From Blepharisma stoltei ATCC 30299 (lineage: Eukaryota > Protista > Ciliophora), in the NCBI GenBank assembly GCA_965603825.1, contig CBFDEM010000036.1:248001-312000 (forward strand): a stretch of 64,000 bases of DNA, read 5' to 3'. Below the pieces are notes generated by a model. That model worked only from the letters and a program-made list of their open reading frames with translations. It was not told where the DNA came from and searched no databases. Shown one piece after another: positions 58,964-64,000 of the stretch (within the stretch, counting starts at the first letter, position 1; the number at the start of each line of letters is the position of its first letter). The position numbers and the translations under genes are program-made.

Positions 58964-60835
58964 TTACTGTCCAAATGATTGGCATTTAAGTTTCTCTAAA
59001 TATGAAAGCCATTGCACTTTGGATTCAGGTCTTCTATTAAAATCAGCATTCGCATCAGGAAAAAGACTCAAAATTAATGCTTCAGTATTTGACTCTGAAA
59101 ATCTTTTTGGGCCAAAAGTTGGGATTTTTTTGATTCTTGGCGCCGATTTTTTGTGTAATTGGCTGGCTTTTTTTATGATTTCAGAGAATTTTTCTTTTTT
59201 TATGAGATTTTGATTTTTAGTTTTTATTTGAAGCAAAGCTAATTGCATATCTCCGAGAAGGTCATCGATATTGTTCGCATCGATACTGTTAATAGAAGAA
59301 TTCGGAGAATTTAAGCGATTGAATTCAGTTGATTGCCTTGGAATTGAGCCTGCACTATATCCATGAGTATGTAATGATTTTTTGGATCTATATGAGGATT
59401 TAGGAGAAGGCAGGTTAGAAACTGAAGAAACGTGCTGTGATGTATTATTTTCTGTGTATTTTATTGATACTGAATTATTTGAACTCATTTTTTCAACTCA
59501 TGAATCGGGAGGCAGCTTAGTCTTCATAATTTTATAAACTTCATAGCATCTATCACAAACATGCACAGTGTCATAATATCGAGAAATGTGTCTTGGAATG
59601 GCAGATTTTTCGTTTTTTTCTAAAATATTCAAAGTTTCAAGCAGCTCGTCAACTTTTAGCTCCACTAAATGTGTTTGATCAGATCCCACATCAGCCAATT
59701 CTAAAAGCTCTTTTCCTTTCATAAGCAATTTATATGGAATTTCATTTTTATTTTCTCGAGCCTTTTTCTTATTTCTTTCTTTTAATAAATATTCAACTCT
59801 CAATGACAATTTCACGTTGCTAATTTCTTTTTCTCTTCCTCCCTGATAGAGCTTGCGAACTTCAGTAAAAAGATCTTCGATTTCAGTGTCGCTTTTTTCA
59901 ATTTGCGCTTCACTCTTAATTATATAATTACAAAAATCTCCTGGGCATGGCTTTTTGTTATTTCTAAATATACGATTTTTCTGCATGTTGTATGTAACAT
60001 TTTTCGACATAAATGAAAAATTCCCTTTCGGTGTGGCAAGAGAATTAAAAATGCTCAAAGCTGGACTTCTTGATCCAGGAGACAGAGCGTCTTTTGATAC
60101 TTCAGCAGAGCTATTTTTCACTGTGATAACTTTTTGCGCTAAGCAGTATTTGCTTCCAACTAATCATAAATTCCTATTTTCGTCTTCCAAAAAACATAAA
60201 ATAATTTTTTGAATTTTATATTCAGAATTTTTTTCTATTGCTTCGATAGCGCAGTCGCACATCTTTTTAAGATCACTTTGGTACTTTATTCCATTGAATG
60301 GCACTTTTATTGCTTTTTCTTGCTGCTCATAAGTTTTGTAATATGTATATAAGCTTTTTCCATCGCTTTTTTTATATTCAACTAGCAGCCGACTTGATGG
60401 CTCTCCACGAGTTTTGATAAACAGCTGAATAGCTTCTGAGGTGCCCAAGCCGCCTCCTGCGATTTTTGAAATGGCTAAACTTTTTAAAAGAGGCTGCATT
60501 TGGTTGTGAGAAATATAAGTTGCAACTATCCCATTATAGTTATCTAGGTTATGATGCGGAGAAATTAAATTCAAAGGAGCTTTTTTTGGTAGAGGTTCCC
60601 CTGTGAAACGTGATAATAAAATATCGAGTTTTGTTAAATCATCAGATCTTTTTCTTATAAATCCTTTGGAATCAGTATAGTATCATTTCATACCCATCGA
60701 GGAACTGCGATCAGCCAGAAGAGTATCTAATAGAGAAAGCTTTGTAGGAAATAGAGCTTGATCTTTTCAAAGATGAGAAATTATTCAAGCACACTCGAAC
60801 TCGTGAAAAGAACTTTGTATAGGAGTTTCTTCCAT
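58964..60835 (-). CDS. Hypothetical protein with split Cys motifs (CPGDFC ... VCDRCY)
   Basis: Three supplied ORFs plus an upstream segment share one frame with TGA=W, from ATG 60835. Confidence 0.8.
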
Positions 60836-61369
60836 TTTAAATTATCATTTTAGGCAGCTTATGCTCTTGCTCATAAATAAAGTATTTATAAAGTTTAAGC
60901 AGAAAACTATCTCGTAAGCATGCAATTATCACTCATATAAGTTCTTAAAGTGTAAACTATATAATAGCTGATAATTTTATACAATCAAAAATACTTTAAT
61001 TTAGTTAGAAGAATTAAAACTTCTGTAAATTTTTACATTATGGAATATCAATAATGGACAAATTTTTATTTTTAATGTTTCCTCTAAATAATCTCAAAAA
61101 ATATAAGGAATATAGACAAATATAAAATGCTTTAAGCATAAGTAAGCTTGGCTTCCTAATTATATCCTTTTTGCAAGTTGCTATGTATGGGTTATAAAAT
61201 AGTGTTAATTCTTTAAGTTAGAAATAAGTGACATATAAAATAGCTAGAAAACTCAATATAATTTATGATTTTGAAGATGAGTTACTACCAATACCTCATA
61301 TATCGGTTTTCATTTTCATATTTAATATCCGTTTTTTATCTAAAAATGACGATGGTTATAAAAATAAAA

Positions 61370-62614
61370 ATGCTATACCGAGCTCTTCAAAGATGCATGT
61401 CAAGCTCCGCAAAAGCTCCATTTGAAATTACTGACATGGCTGCTTTTATGTTCACCCTCCAAAAAAGCAACTCTGGCTCCCTCAATCAAGTTCTTCAGTC
61501 CATCCTTGACAGCAAATTGAATTTAACTCACATTGAATCAAGGCCTGCATCTCTAATAGACGCCGATAAAGGGTTTACTTTTATAGTCGATGTTGAAACT
61601 CCAACCAGCTCTTCGTTGGAAAATGTATGCCAGAAAATCAAAAAAGTTTGTGGTGACGTCACGTTACTAGGGAGCCTTGAAGTCCCATGGTTTCCAAGGC
61701 GCTTTAATGATATTGATGGAATGCAGCAACTGGTAAGACCTCTGCATAGCGATCATCCAGGCGTCAATGATCCGGTTTATTGGGCTAGAAGGCAAGAACT
61801 TGGAAATATCATCAGAAGCTGCACTTTAAGCAGCAAAATTCCTATTATTCAATATACTAACGAAGAATCTCAGACATGGCAAACAATTTATCATGCCTTG
61901 TCGCCACTTTATAAAAAAATAGCATGTGAGGAATTTTTACTCAATTTCAAGGAAATGGAAAATAAAGGGCTTATAACCGAAAACGAAGTTCCACAGATTG
62001 CAAATGTCAACAAGTATCTGATGGGGAAGACTGGGTTTCAGCTCAAGCCAATCTCAGGCATGGAAAAGGATCGTGATTTCTTGAATTGTTTGGCATTCAG
62101 AGTATTCCCTACAACTATCCACATGAGACATCATTCACAACCTTATTTCAGCATAGACCCAGATGTGGCACATGAAGTAATAGGACATGCTCCAATTTTA
62201 GCGGATCCAGAGTTTGCTGAATTTGTGCAAGAAATTGGACTTGCGTCTTTAGGCGCTACTGAAGAAGACATCGAGAAATTGATGAACCTTTATTTCTATT
62301 CAATTGAAATTGGACTAATTATGAATCCAGCTGGAGACCGAAGAGTATATGGAGCAAGAATTTTAAGCTCGGTTGATGAAATTCATCACGCACTCAGCAT
62401 TCATCCTGAACTAAGACATTTTGATCCTTTCCAAGCTTGCAACGTAAAGTATCACAGAAAAGACTTGCAGAGCATGTATTGGTTTTGTGAAGATTTCAGA
62501 GAAGCCAAAATTTTGATGGAGAGATATGCAAGCACTTTGCAAAGACCTTTCAATGCAACTTATGATAGAGCTCAAAAATCGATTAAAGTTAGCCACAAGG
62601 TAAAGTCTTGGTAA
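61370..62614 (+). CDS. Biopterin-dependent aromatic amino acid hydroxylase (PAH/TPH family) with ACT domain, divergent
   Basis: LNLTHIESRP, VPWFPR, DHPG.ND..Y..RR, RDFL..LAFRVF, iron ligands PDVAHEVIGH and YSIEIGL. Start uncertain: in-frame ATGs from 61265; 61370 preferred. Confidence 0.93.
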   Translation: MLYRALQRCMSSSAKAPFEITDMAAFMFTLQKSNSGSLNQVLQSILDSKLNLTHIESRPASLIDADKGFTFIVDVETPTSSSLENVCQKIKKVCGDVTLLGSLEVPWFPRRFNDIDGMQQLVRPLHSDHPGVNDPVYWARRQELGNIIRSCTLSSKIPIIQYTNEESQTWQTIYHALSPLYKKIACEEFLLNFKEMENKGLITENEVPQIANVNKYLMGKTGFQLKPISGMEKDRDFLNCLAFRVFPTTIHMRHHSQPYFSIDPDVAHEVIGHAPILADPEFAEFVQEIGLASLGATEEDIEKLMNLYFYSIEIGLIMNPAGDRRVYGARILSSVDEIHHALSIHPELRHFDPFQACNVKYHRKDLQSMYWFCEDFREAKILMERYASTLQRPFNATYDRAQKSIKVSHKVKSW

Positions 62615-63161
62615 GACATGATTAATTAAAATTTATAAAAAATATTCTGATTATCATATATGCAATACAGCTTTAGAAAATTTCAAAATCACTCATTTTA
62701 TAAAATTTTATTAAAATCTCATGGTCTCTCATAGCTCAAATAAGTGTTTATACAGATACTCCAATGAATATTAAAGGTCTATAATGGCTATTTCTTTCCA
62801 TAATTCCCCTTACCATATTCAATGATTCTATATCAGATTTAGAAATTTAATCCATCCTTAAACAGACAATTTCATATGCTACGAAAATTTTATATAATAA
62901 GTCAATAGATTAAAATATTTATAATTTATGAATCCTTATAGTTTGCATAGCAATTAATGGCTTCTTAATAATTTAGCAATTTTATTTTAATCCTAATATT
63001 TACTACCTCTTAGCTCTCTTTTTTAAAAAGTACAGTAAAATAAAATAATTATATAAATTTGCCCAAAATTTTTGGTCCCATCCTCATCGAGCAATAGCAG
63101 TCATTCGATCTAGGTACGAGAAATTAGGATTCTATATAAATTAATTAAAGTAAATATCGAT

Positions 63162-64000
63162 TTAATTATTTCCACCTTTATCTGAAAATGAATCACTTTG
63201 CTTTTGCTGCGTTTCTGCTAGCATTACTTGCCTAGACTCGTCAGTTCTTTTATAATACGCAAAGCAAAATATGATTGCCATTGGTATAAAAAATGCATTT
63301 GATATCAAAATTGTATAAGGCCCATAAGACGAACATATGGCAGGCTCTTCATGAATATCTGCAGGAGAATCACAAGTCTTTGCTAACTTTGCTTTGCTTT
63401 GGTTAAACCAGATAACTGTAGCAGTGAAATTGAACATTGCTATGCAGATTGCCCAACACTATATAAGTTTTACATAATTCATAGCAGAGAGTCCATAGTC
63501 TCTTTTATTGATGAGGTGGAAATAAGTTTTAAGGAAAAATATTGAACTGATAAGTCCAAGACATTCAATTACAACATAAGCCTCATAGGCTTTAGATAAA
63601 TGCTTATAAAGATTGCAAGTGCCTGCAGAAGAGTCAATGGAGCAATAGAAAGATGATAAACATCCTCAACTTATATAGGAAAAATCTTTTTCGCAGTTAT
63701 AGCAATTTGAAAGACCACCTTCTCAAAGACTGCTGTCTGAATTTCTCAAAACCCATCTATTTGATAGTGCTATAATGATGGTTACTACGCCAGATGCAAA
63801 AAGAAACCCGACGATCCACATTCAGTAGTCAAATTTATATTTTCTAAAATTCATTTGCATATCGGTAGAGCTCTCAATGGATTTTAAAGTAGGCTGTCTA
63901 TGCAGCACAGTCACCAATAGGATGAAAGACAATATGCACATTAAACAATTAATTTTTGCAATTTCTGGCCCAGTTTCTGATTGAAGTGAAACGTCGTCAG
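63162..64000 (-). CDS. Multi-pass membrane protein with a claudin/PMP22-like module, 5' end outside the window
   Basis: Open frame with TGA=W: TM-SNRWV...L[W]EGGLSNCYNC...C...C-TM-TM-TM; intron 63459-63473. Confidence 0.75.
63459..63473 (-). other. 15-nt intron GTAAAACTTATATAG
   Basis: Removes an in-frame TAG, giving AMNYCWAICIAMFNF. Confidence 0.88.

Noticed and set aside
3587-60835. Many genes apparently broken by premature stops (pseudogene cluster or selenoproteins)
   Set aside because: The breaks are in-frame TGA at conserved Trp positions, or 15-nt introns; the genes are intact under the UGA=Trp code.
1-64000. Telomeric repeats, CRISPR arrays, rRNA, prokaryotic operons
   Set aside because: None seen; this is internal eukaryotic chromosome sequence, and neighbouring genes are functionally unrelated, so no gene cluster is claimed.

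Overview
AT-rich, very gene-dense eukaryotic DNA with about 45 protein genes and one tRNA-Pro(TGG); no bacterial or phage features and no CRISPR array. Two properties explain why the supplied ORF track is fragmented. (1) TGA is read as Trp: it sits at invariant Trp positions in many conserved motifs, and every gene end I traced is TAA or TAG. (2) Introns are tiny, 15 nt, GTAA...A..TAG. Together these point to the somatic (macronuclear) genome of a heterotrich ciliate, most likely Blepharisma (inference). Re-read this way, most split ORFs join into full genes: RPL27A, RPLP1, HSPA12-like, DDX27/DRS1, importin-alpha, EAF1-like, FAM227, MORN, GST, UVRAG, CAMK and CLK kinases, a cAR-type GPCR, ACSF2, SLC35F, MFS, PhoD, PUS1, CEP19, an HRD1/AMFR-like E3 and others. 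Best leads: a divergent aromatic amino acid hydroxylase with a tryptophan-hydroxylase-type pocket (candidate step in making the Trp-derived mating pheromone); an intact but catalytically incomplete, apparently domesticated pogo/Tigger transposase; a hybrid pseudo-histidine kinase with an intact receiver; an 80-aa SILK+RVxF+CaaX candidate PP1-targeting microprotein; an FKBP-TPR-cyclophilin fusion; and a membrane pseudo-pepsin. All family calls come from motif recognition by eye; no database searches were run.
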